Positions 20,592-30,276 are shown, counted from the stretch's first letter. The stretch: 64,000 nucleotides of DNA from Candidatus Nomurabacteria bacterium (GCA_031425235.1 JANPIZ010000004.1:66251-130250), one strand, 5' to 3'. The notes: generated by a model not told the origin, from the letters alone. Translations and numbers: made by a program.

Positions 20592-21173
20592 TTACAAGTG
20601 GGTTTCTTTGAGTGCTTTGTTTATTTGTTGCAATACATGATTCCTGGATTTTGAAGCCTCAAAAATCATACTTTCTTCAAACGGTGACCTCACAAGATTT
20701 TGCAACACTGGATTTTCCCCTATATAGCCCAAGTTATTCAATATCCGAAGGACCATAACTGCTTCAAAGCTCCGCAAATCATCTTTATCTTCAATTTTTT
20801 TTAATACCGAAAAACTATGCAGCAAATCAGTAAACAAAGCTTCGTTTGGCTCTACGCCAGCAAGAAGTCGTTTGAGAAGTCGAGTAATATTCGAAACAAT
20901 GTTCAAAGTTTCTGGTCGTTTTATAACTCCTTCAAGTGAATTTGTTTTGGATGCACTCGTAATCCGAAACGTGTTTCGCCCTTGGACAAGATCCACTTTG
21001 ATATAAGAAAAATCTTGAAGTACGTAGCGGAGCTTGGATGACATTTTTCGCACGCCAGACGCAGAGGCGTAGATCATCCCGAGGTCACGAGTAAAAATAA
21101 AATAATATTTGTCAGATTCCCGAAAATTTTTACTTCCCAATATTATCCCTTCTGTATGATAAATGTGATGCAT
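20592..21173 (-). CDS. recO: DNA repair protein RecO
   Basis: N-terminal OB-like segment (TEGIILGSKNFRESDKYYFIFTRDLGMIYASASGVRK) typical of RecO. Confidence 0.65.
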   Translation of the reverse strand: MHHIYHTEGIILGSKNFRESDKYYFIFTRDLGMIYASASGVRKMSSKLRYVLQDFSYIKVDLVQGRNTFRITSASKTNSLEGVIKRPETLNIVSNITRLLKRLLAGVEPNEALFTDLLHSFSVLKKIEDKDDLRSFEAVMVLRILNNLGYIGENPVLQNLVRSPFEESMIFEASKSRNHVLQQINKALKETHL

Positions 21174-21174
21174 T

Positions 21175-21561
21175 TTATTTTAAATTCTCATCAAGGAATT
21201 TTTTTAAGCTTTCCAAATCTTTTTTTTCGTTATCGTAATAATAAGTATCTATACCTACAGATTGTGCAATTTTTACTACTTCAGAATTATGTTCAAAATA
21301 CACTACATTGCTCGAAGCTAGATTAAAATTTTTTAACATTATCTCAAAATATTTTCGATCTGTCTTTTTAGGATTATGTTCAAGTGTAAATACCTCATAA
21401 GGCATTTTATGTAGATTGTAAGTTGGAAACTTTTCACGAGGGGCACCTGTTAGGATAATTTTTTTATTAACGTATGTATCAAGAAGCTCATTAAGAGGTT
21501 GAAATATCTGACCTTCGTCAGAAACAAAACAATTTACAGCATCGACTAAAATTATTTTCAT
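21175..21561 (-). CDS. hypothetical protein (possible HAD-like fold)
   Basis: 128 aa; IILVDAVNCF reminiscent of HAD motif I but degenerate. Confidence 0.3.
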   Translation of the reverse strand: MKIILVDAVNCFVSDEGQIFQPLNELLDTYVNKKIILTGAPREKFPTYNLHKMPYEVFTLEHNPKKTDRKYFEIMLKNFNLASSNVVYFEHNSEVVKIAQSVGIDTYYYDNEKKDLESLKKFLDENLK

Positions 21562-22148
21562 TATTTTAATATCTCGTTAATGACTTGCAGCACTTGGGGC
21601 AGTTCGTTCCATCCAGCGCTACCATTTAAATGCCCACCATTTGGTATCGAGATCAGTTTACAATTTAAATTTTTTGAAAGTTCTTCTGCGTGACCAAATG
21701 GAACCTTATCATCATTGTCCCCATGAATAACGTAAAAGTTTTTACACACTTTCTTTATATACTCAAAATCAAATGGGGTATCTAAAAAATTGTCTATTTT
21801 TCTGATTTTCGATTCTTTATCATGGGGATTAATTAAAGCACAAGGACCAGAAACCAAAATTACTCCACTAATTTTTTTACCTTCAGTTAGAGTTTCAAGG
21901 TATCGCAAAACACCCGGAACTCCGAGTGAATGCCCTATGAGTATTATTTCGTCTTCAGGAAATACATTTACAACATTATCAATTGTCTTTACCCATTCTA
22001 CCTTTTGCGGATTATTAGGTTTTGGCATCGGCAGAGCACAAGCATATATATTCTGTTTTTCTAGTTCACCCATAAGCCAAGGCCTCCAACCACCATTTGG
22101 GCTACCCATAAATCCATGAACCAAAAAAACTTTTTTCATATTACTCAA
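21561..22148 (-). CDS. alpha/beta serine hydrolase (YdeN/RBBP9-like)
   Basis: GHSLG nucleophile elbow; HG...D...H arrangement; 195 aa. Confidence 0.65.
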   Translation of the reverse strand: MSNMKKVFLVHGFMGSPNGGWRPWLMGELEKQNIYACALPMPKPNNPQKVEWVKTIDNVVNVFPEDEIILIGHSLGVPGVLRYLETLTEGKKISGVILVSGPCALINPHDKESKIRKIDNFLDTPFDFEYIKKVCKNFYVIHGDNDDKVPFGHAEELSKNLNCKLISIPNGGHLNGSAGWNELPQVLQVINEILK

Positions 22149-23373
22149 TTATAACCTCTTTTTCCGAGAATTTCATCTTTTCTAAAAAAATATCAAATTC
22201 TTCGTGATATTGCCCCGCATAACTTTGTTGAATGTTATTCACTTCATCAATTGTTTTATCTTTTCTTTTCAAATCTTTTATTCTTTCTAAATATTTCTTT
22301 CCAAAATCTGTTTGAAAAAATTCTCGATATATTTCAGACTGTGAGATGATTTCATCAATTTTTTCTGCTGTCATTTTGTCCCAATTATCTTGAATTTGTT
22401 TTAATAGTTGTGAGTCTTTCTCTACTTTTTTAGCAATTTCCGGATTTGGCTCCTTTAATATAATTTTTCCTCTACGTCCTTTTGGTAAGTATTTTTTTAA
22501 AAAATCTTCAGTTTTCATATACCCCCACACAACTTTATAGGGAGGTATACCAGTTTCTAAAAATTTCTTTACTCGCTCAATATTTATTTGTCCTTTAAAA
22601 TCAATAAATTGGCCCCAAAAGGCTCCCGTCACGTCTTCGACATTATTATCAATAACCTTAAAACCAGCACGTTTAGCGATAGCTGTATTCATAACCCATG
22701 AATGCCCAGCGATTACTTCTACTGAAGAATATGTATCCACTATTTGTTCTGCTAATTTATTAAATGATTCTGTGGGAAAAATACTTGTACTCGCGTCTGC
22801 AAGGATTTTTTTATATAGAGACTCGAGGTGGATAAACATACATCTCGTGTCCTTATTTATTTTATCTTCAGTACTTTCAAAAAAATTATTGTGATTATAT
22901 TCGATATCATAATGTATGAGACCTGCCGTCTGTTTCGGTTCTTCTTGTTCTGTTGTTAGCGTTGAATTTGTCCCTACAATTGTTACAATGGCTTTTGCTT
23001 TTTCAATTTGTAAAAATTCCTCTGTTTTTTGAATCCAATTTTCATGGTCATTTTTATAAAATGAAAGAATTTTATCAGAAAATTCTTTTTCAAGAGAAGC
23101 ATACATTTCGGTTTTCCAGTCTACTCCCTCTGGTAAAGTATTTCTACGATAGTTAATGGCTCGACTTAAAACCGGAGTGTACTTATTTAGAAGTCCTGTG
23201 AAATCGTTTACATCTACGTGTGATTCACCTTGTTCACCGAAAGGCGCAATTTTTTTTAAAAAAATTCTATCCACATATTCTAACTTTATTGCCGTTATTT
23301 TTTCATCAAGTAGCTCAGAGTGTTCCTCTATATTATGCCCTTGTATCGGTTGAGCTATACTTTCTAAATTCAT
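22141..23373 (-). CDS. hypothetical protein
   Basis: 410-aa ORF with no recognisable motifs. Confidence 0.4.
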   Translation of the reverse strand: MNLESIAQPIQGHNIEEHSELLDEKITAIKLEYVDRIFLKKIAPFGEQGESHVDVNDFTGLLNKYTPVLSRAINYRRNTLPEGVDWKTEMYASLEKEFSDKILSFYKNDHENWIQKTEEFLQIEKAKAIVTIVGTNSTLTTEQEEPKQTAGLIHYDIEYNHNNFFESTEDKINKDTRCMFIHLESLYKKILADASTSIFPTESFNKLAEQIVDTYSSVEVIAGHSWVMNTAIAKRAGFKVIDNNVEDVTGAFWGQFIDFKGQINIERVKKFLETGIPPYKVVWGYMKTEDFLKKYLPKGRRGKIILKEPNPEIAKKVEKDSQLLKQIQDNWDKMTAEKIDEIISQSEIYREFFQTDFGKKYLERIKDLKRKDKTIDEVNNIQQSYAGQYHEEFDIFLEKMKFSEKEVIIE

Positions 23374-23388
23374 CCTTATATTTTATCA

Positions 23389-23461
23389 CCCTGTAGTGAA
23401 TTTTGGAAATGCTCAAAGTACGTAAATTTAATAATTTACTTTTCCAAAATCTACTACGGGG
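23389..23461. repeat. intergenic inverted-repeat element (family A) between ileS 3' end and the start of gene 22141..23373
   Basis: ccctgtagtgaattttgg ...~38 nt... ccaaaatctactacgggg. Confidence 0.7.
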
Positions 23462-26400
23462 TATCAATTTTTACCTTAAATACCAAAGAGTCGGCTTTTA
23501 TTTCCCCGCCTGCACTAGCTGTGCTAGAAGCATTGCGGGCAGGTTCACCGTCGTTATTTTTAAAGTGTATGGTAGCAACTTGTACTGTTTTTTTCATATC
23601 CGCTTCGAATTTTTGAATCAATTTTTGTCCGTGCGCATCTGTTGCAAATGTGAGTGCCACTACGTCGCTCGGAGTCAAACCCATCTTTTTCCTCATATCC
23701 TGCAAGCCTCGTACAAGTTCACGATACGTTCCCTCTTCTTTTAATTCATGCGTGATCTTGGTATCGAGGGTAATTTTCGTGATACCTATTTTGATTTTTA
23801 CTAAATATTCAACATGTTTAATATTCAATTCATCTTTAATAATCTCGAGGTATTCTGGAGCCAAACTTTCAGCGATGATTTCCACTTGCTGCAGCGGCTG
23901 GCGAACTTTTATGCCTGCCTTCTGCCTGGCATCGAGACCGAGGGTAACAATATCTCGAGCAGTTTTCATCCGATCGATCACATTTGGTTTAAAAAAGAAG
24001 AAAAACTGAAATTTTTTCTTTGGCCACACGGAAAGATGCACGCTTTCCACATCAGTTTCATTTTTGAGCTGCTGCCAAATATCTTCCGCAGTAAACGGTG
24101 CAAATGGTGCTAATAGTTTTGATAAGGTTTTGAACACAAAATACAACGTTTTCTTTGCCTCAGCATCGCCTTCCTTTATTCGTTCTCGTGAGCGACGCAA
24201 ATACCATGTCGACAGGTCACCTATAAAATCGCGAATCGCACGTACGGGTTCGAGAAGTTTGTAATTATCTAAATGTTCAGTGGTTAATACTGTCAGTTCA
24301 TCAAGTCGAGCCAGTATCCATTGATCAAGTATGTTTGCTGACGTTGGTCTTTCGCTACTCTCTAAACTTGTATCTCGATACAATTCATAAAATGCAAGCA
24401 CGTTGTACAGCAAACTAAACACTTGCTGTGAAACTAACGCAACAGTTTTTTCATCAAAATTTTTCGATTCGCCTGGTTGATTGATCGAGTACATCCATAA
24501 GCGAATCGTGTCGACTCCGTATTTATCCATCATTGTCCAAGGGTCGACAATGTTACCAAGAGACTTTGACATTTTTTTACCTTTTGAATCAAGCAAATGC
24601 CCCAGACAAATTACATTTTTGTACGCCAATCCCCGACCCATAAGCACACCAACAGCATGCAACGTATAAAACCAGCCACGAGTCTGGTCGATGGCTTCGG
24701 AAATATAATCCGCTGGAAAACCAGGGCCCTCGACCCACTTTTTGTTTTCAAAAGGATAATGATCTTGAGCAAACGGCATCGCTCCGGAATCGAACCACAC
24801 ATCCATGACTTCTTTTGTTCGTGCAAGTTCACTACCACATACACAAACGAGCGTTACATTATCAATATATGGTCGATGTAAGTCGAGCTCATAATCTTCA
24901 TTGTGTGGTATGGTAACAAAATCAATTTGCTTATACTGTGCGTTCTTAAATAGAGCATTTTGTTCATTGCCACCCTTCTCCATAACTTCAGAGTGCCTGA
25001 AAAGTCCACCCGTCATCGCGATCGATTCGTCTACATTCAAGCCTTCGAGTACTGCATGCAACATCCAAATAGGTGCACCGTGCGAAATAATAAGAATTTT
25101 TTTATTTTTATGTTTTTCTTCGAGTTCGCAAAAAACATCTCCTATCCTTCTTTTTACATTGAGTAATGATTCACCACCATGGATAGGATTCAAAAATCTT
25201 TCCTTTTCATTTTTGAACATATCTCGATATTCATCCCAGGATTTGCCATTGAATTCTCCAGCGTCGAGTTCACCCAGCCTTTTATCGAAGACAATTTTAT
25301 TGTCTTCGATGCCTAATGATTTTTTTAGAATTTCCAATGTATCGCGTGTACGAACAAACGGAGACACCAATACAAAATCGAATTGAAGCCCTTCCTCTTT
25401 CATTTTTTTAGCTGAAGTTTCAACTTGTTGCTCTCCGACATTAGTGAGATGATCTTCATTCTCAACTCGCGATGATACCACGCCGTGTGGGCCACCCTTC
25501 ACATTACTTTCTGATTGCCCATGTCGCATGAGATAGTATTCGTTACCCGACTTTTTTGTTTTCTTTTTTAAATCTTCCACTCCCCCGACAACTTCTCTAG
25601 CATCACACGAATAACATTGCCATACCGGTAGAGGTGTGCCCCAATACCGCTCACGGGATATTGCCCAATCTTTTATTTCCCGCAACCATTCACCAAAGCG
25701 ACCATTTCTAATGTGGCTTGGCTCCCAGTTTATTTTTTGATTTTGGGAAATGAGTTCACTTTTAATTTTTCGATCTGACATCCGTATATACCATGAATCA
25801 CGTGCGTAGTAGATAAGCGCCGTTTTGCAACGCCAGCAATGTGGATATGAGTGTTTGTAGTTTTCTTGTTTGAAAAATAAATTTCTTTTCTTTAAGTCTT
25901 CTATGATATCGACTGCCAAAGTAGGTTTACCGTCGGTGTTAGTTTCTTTTACAAACCGGGCTTCCAAAAACCCTGTTCCTGAAACAAAGTTCCCTTCAGG
26001 GTTCACGAGATGATATTTAGGCAAGCCAATCTTTGTGCCAAGCACAAAGTCATCTTGACCATACATAACTGCAGTATGCACCACACCAGTACCATCTTCG
26101 ATGTTTACAAAGTCAGCAACATAAACTTTGAACATTTTTTCCGTAGATTCCCCTTTTTTCTCGAGCTGTTCTTTCAAAAATGGAAACAGTGGTTCGTATT
26201 CAAAACTGAGCAAATCCTTGCCTTTCATTTCTTCTGTAATTTCATATTCTCCACCGAGTATTTCAATTCTTTCTTTTGCTAATATTAAAAACTCATTTTC
26301 TTTTTTGACTTGTACGTATTCAATATCCTCACCTACAGCAAGAGCTACATTCCCGGGTAAAGTCCACGGAGTTGTCGTCCAAGCAAGTATGTATGTATTG

Positions 26401-27050
26401 TCCTCATTTTTTACTTTGAATTTTACATATACCGACAAATCTTTTACATCTTCGTATCCTTGTGCGAGTTCGTGCGAAGAAAGTGCGGTGCCACACCGTG
26501 GACACCATGGCACCACTTTATAGTCTTTATATAAAAGTTTCTGTTCATTAATTTTTGATACCACATTCCACAGTGACTCAATATATGTGTTATGATACGT
26601 CACATATGGATTGTCTTTATCTACCCAGTAGCCTACTCGGTCGCGATATTTATACCACACATCGACGTGTTTCCAGACACTTTCTTTGCATTTTTGATTA
26701 AATTCCGCGATACCAAAACTCTCAATTTCTCGTTTAGATTTGAGTCCAAGTTCTTTTTCGACGAGTAGCTCTACTGGCAAGCCATGGGTATCCCAGCCTC
26801 CCTTTCGGCGAACATGATACCCACGCATTGTTTTATATCGTGGAATCGCATCCTTGAATGATTGTGGAATGAGGTGATGTATACCTGGCATACCGTTTGC
26901 GGTTGGCGGTCCATCGTAAAATACAAATTCTTTTTTACCTTCAGTATTTTTTAAAGTTTTAGAAAAAATATTGTTCTCCTGCCAAAATTTTAAAACCTTT
27001 TCCTCGCGAAGAGCTTGCTCACTTTTTTGTTTTTTTTCTTGTTCGTCCAT
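23454..27050 (-). CDS. ileS: isoleucyl-tRNA synthetase with embedded histidine-phosphatase (PGAM-like) domain and a C-terminal mini-element insertion
   Basis: PTANGMPGIHH (HIGH region), KMSKSLGN, CP1 editing region; residues ~500-700 (YYLMRHGQSESN...SPFVRTRDT...LIISHGAPI) match the RHG histidine-phosphatase superfamily; [14 protein letters not shown] near the C-terminus. Confidence 0.9.
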   Translation of the reverse strand: MDEQEKKQKSEQALREEKVLKFWQENNIFSKTLKNTEGKKEFVFYDGPPTANGMPGIHHLIPQSFKDAIPRYKTMRGYHVRRKGGWDTHGLPVELLVEKELGLKSKREIESFGIAEFNQKCKESVWKHVDVWYKYRDRVGYWVDKDNPYVTYHNTYIESLWNVVSKINEQKLLYKDYKVVPWCPRCGTALSSHELAQGYEDVKDLSVYVKFKVKNEDNTYILAWTTTPWTLPGNVALAVGEDIEYVQVKKENEFLILAKERIEILGGEYEITEEMKGKDLLSFEYEPLFPFLKEQLEKKGESTEKMFKVYVADFVNIEDGTGVVHTAVMYGQDDFVLGTKIGLPKYHLVNPEGNFVSGTGFLEARFVKETNTDGKPTLAVDIIEDLKKRNLFFKQENYKHSYPHCWRCKTALIYYARDSWYIRMSDRKIKSELISQNQKINWEPSHIRNGRFGEWLREIKDWAISRERYWGTPLPVWQCYSCDAREVVGGVEDLKKKTKKSGNEYYLMRHGQSESNVKGGPHGVVSSRVENEDHLTNVGEQQVETSAKKMKEEGLQFDFVLVSPFVRTRDTLEILKKSLGIEDNKIVFDKRLGELDAGEFNGKSWDEYRDMFKNEKERFLNPIHGGESLLNVKRRIGDVFCELEEKHKNKKILIISHGAPIWMLHAVLEGLNVDESIAMTGGLFRHSEVMEKGGNEQNALFKNAQYKQIDFVTIPHNEDYELDLHRPYIDNVTLVCVCGSELARTKEVMDVWFDSGAMPFAQDHYPFENKKWVEGPGFPADYISEAIDQTRGWFYTLHAVGVLMGRGLAYKNVICLGHLLDSKGKKMSKSLGNIVDPWTMMDKYGVDTIRLWMYSINQPGESKNFDEKTVALVSQQVFSLLYNVLAFYELYRDTSLESSERPTSANILDQWILARLDELTVLTTEHLDNYKLLEPVRAIRDFIGDLSTWYLRRSRERIKEGDAEAKKTLYFVFKTLSKLLAPFAPFTAEDIWQQLKNETDVESVHLSVWPKKKFQFFFFFKPNVIDRMKTARDIVTLGLDARQKAGIKVRQPLQQVEIIAESLAPEYLEIIKDELNIKHVEYLVKIKIGITKITLDTKITHELKEEGTYRELVRGLQDMRKKMGLTPSDVVALTFATDAHGQKLIQKFEADMKKTVQVATIHFKNNDGEPARNASSTASAGGEIKADSLVFKVKIDTP
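23504..23543 (-). repeat. palindromic mini-element copy in frame in ileS
   Basis: Reverse complement is identical to the recA copy (cctgcccgcaatgcttctagcacagctagtgcaggcgggg). Confidence 0.85.
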
Positions 27051-27060
27051 AATATTTTTT

Positions 27061-27290
27061 ATTAAAAAAACTCGTCCCCGTACAACAATACAAGATTGTT
27101 ATACAAGGACGAGTTTCATCGCCAGAGGCGATCAAGTCGTGGTACCACCTTGTTTCAAGCCTACTAAAATTATAGAGCTTCTTAATTGTAGCTATTACGG
27201 GCATGCCCGTCGGGTTCTACTCTGTTATTCACAGTTCCTCCCGAAGCTCAGAGGTGATAGCCTCTTCAACGCTCGTGTAAAAATAATACC
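27061..27290 (-). promoter_or_regulatory. T-box riboswitch leader upstream of ileS (candidate Ile AUC specifier)
   Basis: Minus strand: extended -10 TGgTATTAT; T-box sequence AAGGTGGTACCACGA (matches GGTGGNACCGCG); UGGU bulge compatible with discriminator A73 of tRNA-Ile; terminator hairpin aactcgtcc...ggacgagttttttt directly before the ileS ATG; AUCA in a loop (gaggCUAUCAccuc). Confidence 0.75.
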
Positions 27291-27351
27291 ACACATTTAA
27301 TAAAAATAAAACAGGCGCTTTAAGGTGCGCCTGCAAAACATTAGAAATTAT

Positions 27352-27540
27352 TTAATCTACTAATTCCCATTTTCTCTTCTTGAGAGCTCGTCTCAGAGAG
27401 GACTGTTTGCGATTTTCTTTTGGTCTTGTCATTAAATGACGACATCCGACCGGCGAACAGTATCGCCGAATTTTTTCCAAAGTTGCAGAAGATTTTCTTT
27501 TTCCACAAAAATAGTACAAATCTAGACGTAGTTTTGGCAT
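27352..27540 (-). CDS. small basic Cys-containing protein (hypothetical; possibly zinc-ribbon or ribosomal-like)
   Basis: 62 aa, pI very basic; AAGGAG RBS 9 nt upstream; own terminator at 27305-27340; overlapping alternative frame 27341..27547 judged less likely. Confidence 0.45.
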   Translation of the reverse strand: MPKLRLDLYYFCGKRKSSATLEKIRRYCSPVGCRHLMTRPKENRKQSSLRRALKKRKWELVD

Positions 27541-27639
27541 TTATCACTCCTTTTAGAAAATTAAAAGAACTTAGTAAGTACTAAGTAAGTATGAACTTTT
27601 AAAATAAAAAAGCTTCCTCTGCTTGTGTATAACTTTTCA

Positions 27640-28065
27640 TTAATTATAAGCTCCAGATTGTGATTGTAATATGATTTTGCGAACTTCCTCGATAGCTTCT
27701 TCGGTGGTCATGGGGTTTTTAACCTTTTTTTCTACATAATCTTTTAAGTTTGCCACTAGTGCATCTGCGACCATCACTAATTCTCTTTCGTTTGCATTAT
27801 ATTTAAATTTTACTTCTTGGAGCCTCTCCGTCAGTGTACGCAAAAATTCCTTTGGACAACTTTTTATAATTTCATTTAAACCAAACTCAACAACTTTATG
27901 TTCCATTTTCTTCATTACGGTTCCGGGTTCTATGTGATTATTAAAAACCCGACTTGTGGCTATATTGTCCGCTGATTCAACGATCACCTTCTTTGATTCC
28001 ATTGGGTTTTCTTTGCTCATGCGGTTAATTATACACCTAGCTAACAATAAAAGGTATTCTTGCAT
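27640..28065 (-). CDS. hypothetical protein
   Basis: 141-aa ORF; likely start MSKENPMESKK. Confidence 0.4.
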   Translation of the reverse strand: MQEYLLLLARCIINRMSKENPMESKKVIVESADNIATSRVFNNHIEPGTVMKKMEHKVVEFGLNEIIKSCPKEFLRTLTERLQEVKFKYNANERELVMVADALVANLKDYVEKKVKNPMTTEEAIEEVRKIILQSQSGAYN

Positions 28066-28142
28066 TAAGTGAAAGTTTAAACGCCACGCTTCGGTTTTCG
28101 GCCAAAGCGCGGCGTTATTTTTGATTGAAAAAGAATTTCTGC

Positions 28143-28610
28143 CTATATAAATGGTACCGTCCCTGTGCCGGTACTACTACTTTGCATGCCGGCAAAACCT
28201 TTTGGCTCAGAATTTTGTTTTTCAAAAGCCTTTTGCCTTTTTTTTAATTTGACGAGATTTGGTTCAATTAAAACCTGAACCTTGTCTTCATTTTTCATTC
28301 TTTTCAATTTTAAGTTGACCCACTCCAACTTGTCATCAGGGGTGGATTTAAGTAAATATTCAAAAGAAAGCTTTACCCGTGCCAAGATTATTCTCTCAGC
28401 CTCTTCCAAAAGCTCCATTCGCTGAACAGGGCTCCCGACGTATTTTTCTTTCATTTTCGAATATTTTTCCCCAAGACTGAGGCAATCTTTTGTGATTGTT
28501 TCAGTAATGACTTCATGTGGTGGTTGAATTTTTTTCATTTTTTCTCCTAAGAACGAAATTAACCCGACTATCGAGCTGTGTTCTATAAATATGAATACCA
28601 TAAATTTCAT
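28143..28610 (-). CDS. hypothetical protein
   Basis: 155-aa ORF; likely real start MKKIQPPHEV; followed by GC hairpin terminator 28070-28110. Confidence 0.4.
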   Translation of the reverse strand: MKFMVFIFIEHSSIVGLISFLGEKMKKIQPPHEVITETITKDCLSLGEKYSKMKEKYVGSPVQRMELLEEAERIILARVKLSFEYLLKSTPDDKLEWVNLKLKRMKNEDKVQVLIEPNLVKLKKRQKAFEKQNSEPKGFAGMQSSSTGTGTVPFI

Positions 28611-28643
28611 CGCTCGTCAATTATGTCGAAAACTTAAAACCAT

Positions 28644-30263
28644 CTATTCTTGTATCAACCCAAGCTTTTTTAATCTTGAGCGTACGCCACCGGGTTGACG
28701 GCCAGTTATGGTGCATAAGTTTTTTATGGACTGATCAACTTCGAACAATTTTTTCAATTCCACGTCTTGTTCTTTACTCCATGATTTGTAGGCGTTTGGG
28801 TATATTTCCCGAATTTTCGCATACGGCTTTTCTTGCGACATTTCTGATATCGACGAAGCACTGCCTTTTTTTACTTTTTTAGTTTTATTAAAATTTCCTC
28901 CGCAAGCCAAAATAAAATTCTCGTGCATCTTTTTAATTTCTTCTTCGGGCATCTTACCAAAAAATTCGGCCGCTTGTATGGAACTTCGCTTGAACTCAAT
29001 ATCTTGTTCTAAAATTTCCGGATGTACTTTCAATGCTTGCTCATTGATACCAAGCAAGTACAAGCCTGAGAGTCTGCGGACTCGAGAAAGCGCTACGTAT
29101 CCCTGTCCATATTCAAATACTTGCGACAAATCCATAACTGCCGCATCCAAGCTCATACCTTGGCTTTTATGCACAGTGATAGCCCAGGCGAGGCGAAGTG
29201 GCACTTGTGAAATTTGTGCACGGATCTTACCATTTTCTTCGACAGTCCAATCCATTGCAGTTATTGTAATATTCTTTCCATCTCTCGTTTCAATAATTGG
29301 GTGACCACTAAACTCTTCGAATCCTACTACTACGCCCAGTGTGCCATTTACATATTTTTCCTTTTGATTGTTTTTGGTGCACATCACTACGGCACCTACC
29401 TTGAGTTCAAGTTTCTCTGGTGACAAGCAGCCTTTCTTGATCGTTTCGACAAGTTTATCATTGCCTGTTGAAATCATCTCGAATATCCGTGATCCTCCGT
29501 CGAGCTTTTCAAGCTCCCCGTTATTCACCCGATCCACATCCACATTATGCGAAAAAAGCTTGGTGATATTTTCTGGCATGTCATCAATATGTATGTGCCT
29601 ATTTGTAATATGATCCATGTGTTCCTCAGAAAAATCGTTCCGACGTATTGCGCTCAGCACCGAAAGAAATGCGGTGTCGTCCTGGCGATATTGCTCGGAA
29701 AGATAACACGTAATGAATTTAGCACGTTCCCATGCTCCTGAATCATAAGCAAACGTACCCATACGTTCTTCATCACCTAATAATGAGTTTTGTTTTTTCT
29801 GGTTGTCGTCTTTTGTCTCCCTTTTAAAAATTGGCGGTAATTGAAAAAAATCCCCTACGAGTACTATTTGTATCCCGCCGAACGGTTCAGGGTTTTGTTT
29901 TATTTCCCGGCACACCATATCCACCATGTCGAGTGTACTGGGTGAGAGCATCGATATTTCATCGATAATTAATACTTTTGTTTTGCGTACTCGCTTGCTG
30001 ATGTATTCGCTCGAAGCTATTTTATCCAAATCATATTTGTCTAATTTGTTTTTAATACCAATACCGCTCCACGAATGAATAGTCATACCCCCGATATGAG
30101 TCGCGGCAATACCTGTCGAAGCAGTAATAGCGGGATCAACCTCACACGAGCGTAAATACTCCACATACGCATTTACCGTATGTGTTTTCCCGGCACCTGG
30201 TTCCCCCGTCAAAAAAACATTAGCTCCAGTTTTTAATATGTTGAGTGCCTGCTCTTGAGTCAT
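28644..30263 (-). CDS. RecD/PIF1-like superfamily I DNA helicase with C-terminal extra domain
   Basis: Walker A GEPGAGKTH, Walker B VLIIDEISML, motif TVHKSQGMS; ~90-aa C-terminal extension. Confidence 0.75.
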   Translation of the reverse strand: MTQEQALNILKTGANVFLTGEPGAGKTHTVNAYVEYLRSCEVDPAITASTGIAATHIGGMTIHSWSGIGIKNKLDKYDLDKIASSEYISKRVRKTKVLIIDEISMLSPSTLDMVDMVCREIKQNPEPFGGIQIVLVGDFFQLPPIFKRETKDDNQKKQNSLLGDEERMGTFAYDSGAWERAKFITCYLSEQYRQDDTAFLSVLSAIRRNDFSEEHMDHITNRHIHIDDMPENITKLFSHNVDVDRVNNGELEKLDGGSRIFEMISTGNDKLVETIKKGCLSPEKLELKVGAVVMCTKNNQKEKYVNGTLGVVVGFEEFSGHPIIETRDGKNITITAMDWTVEENGKIRAQISQVPLRLAWAITVHKSQGMSLDAAVMDLSQVFEYGQGYVALSRVRRLSGLYLLGINEQALKVHPEILEQDIEFKRSSIQAAEFFGKMPEEEIKKMHENFILACGGNFNKTKKVKKGSASSISEMSQEKPYAKIREIYPNAYKSWSKEQDVELKKLFEVDQSIKNLCTITGRQPGGVRSRLKKLGLIQE

Positions 30264-30276
30264 TAGTATTATACTA

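Noticed and set aside
27341-27547. Alternative 68-aa frame overlapping the 62-aa basic protein gene
   Set aside because: It has no RBS; the 62-aa frame has AAGGAG at the optimal distance and a more protein-like basic composition.
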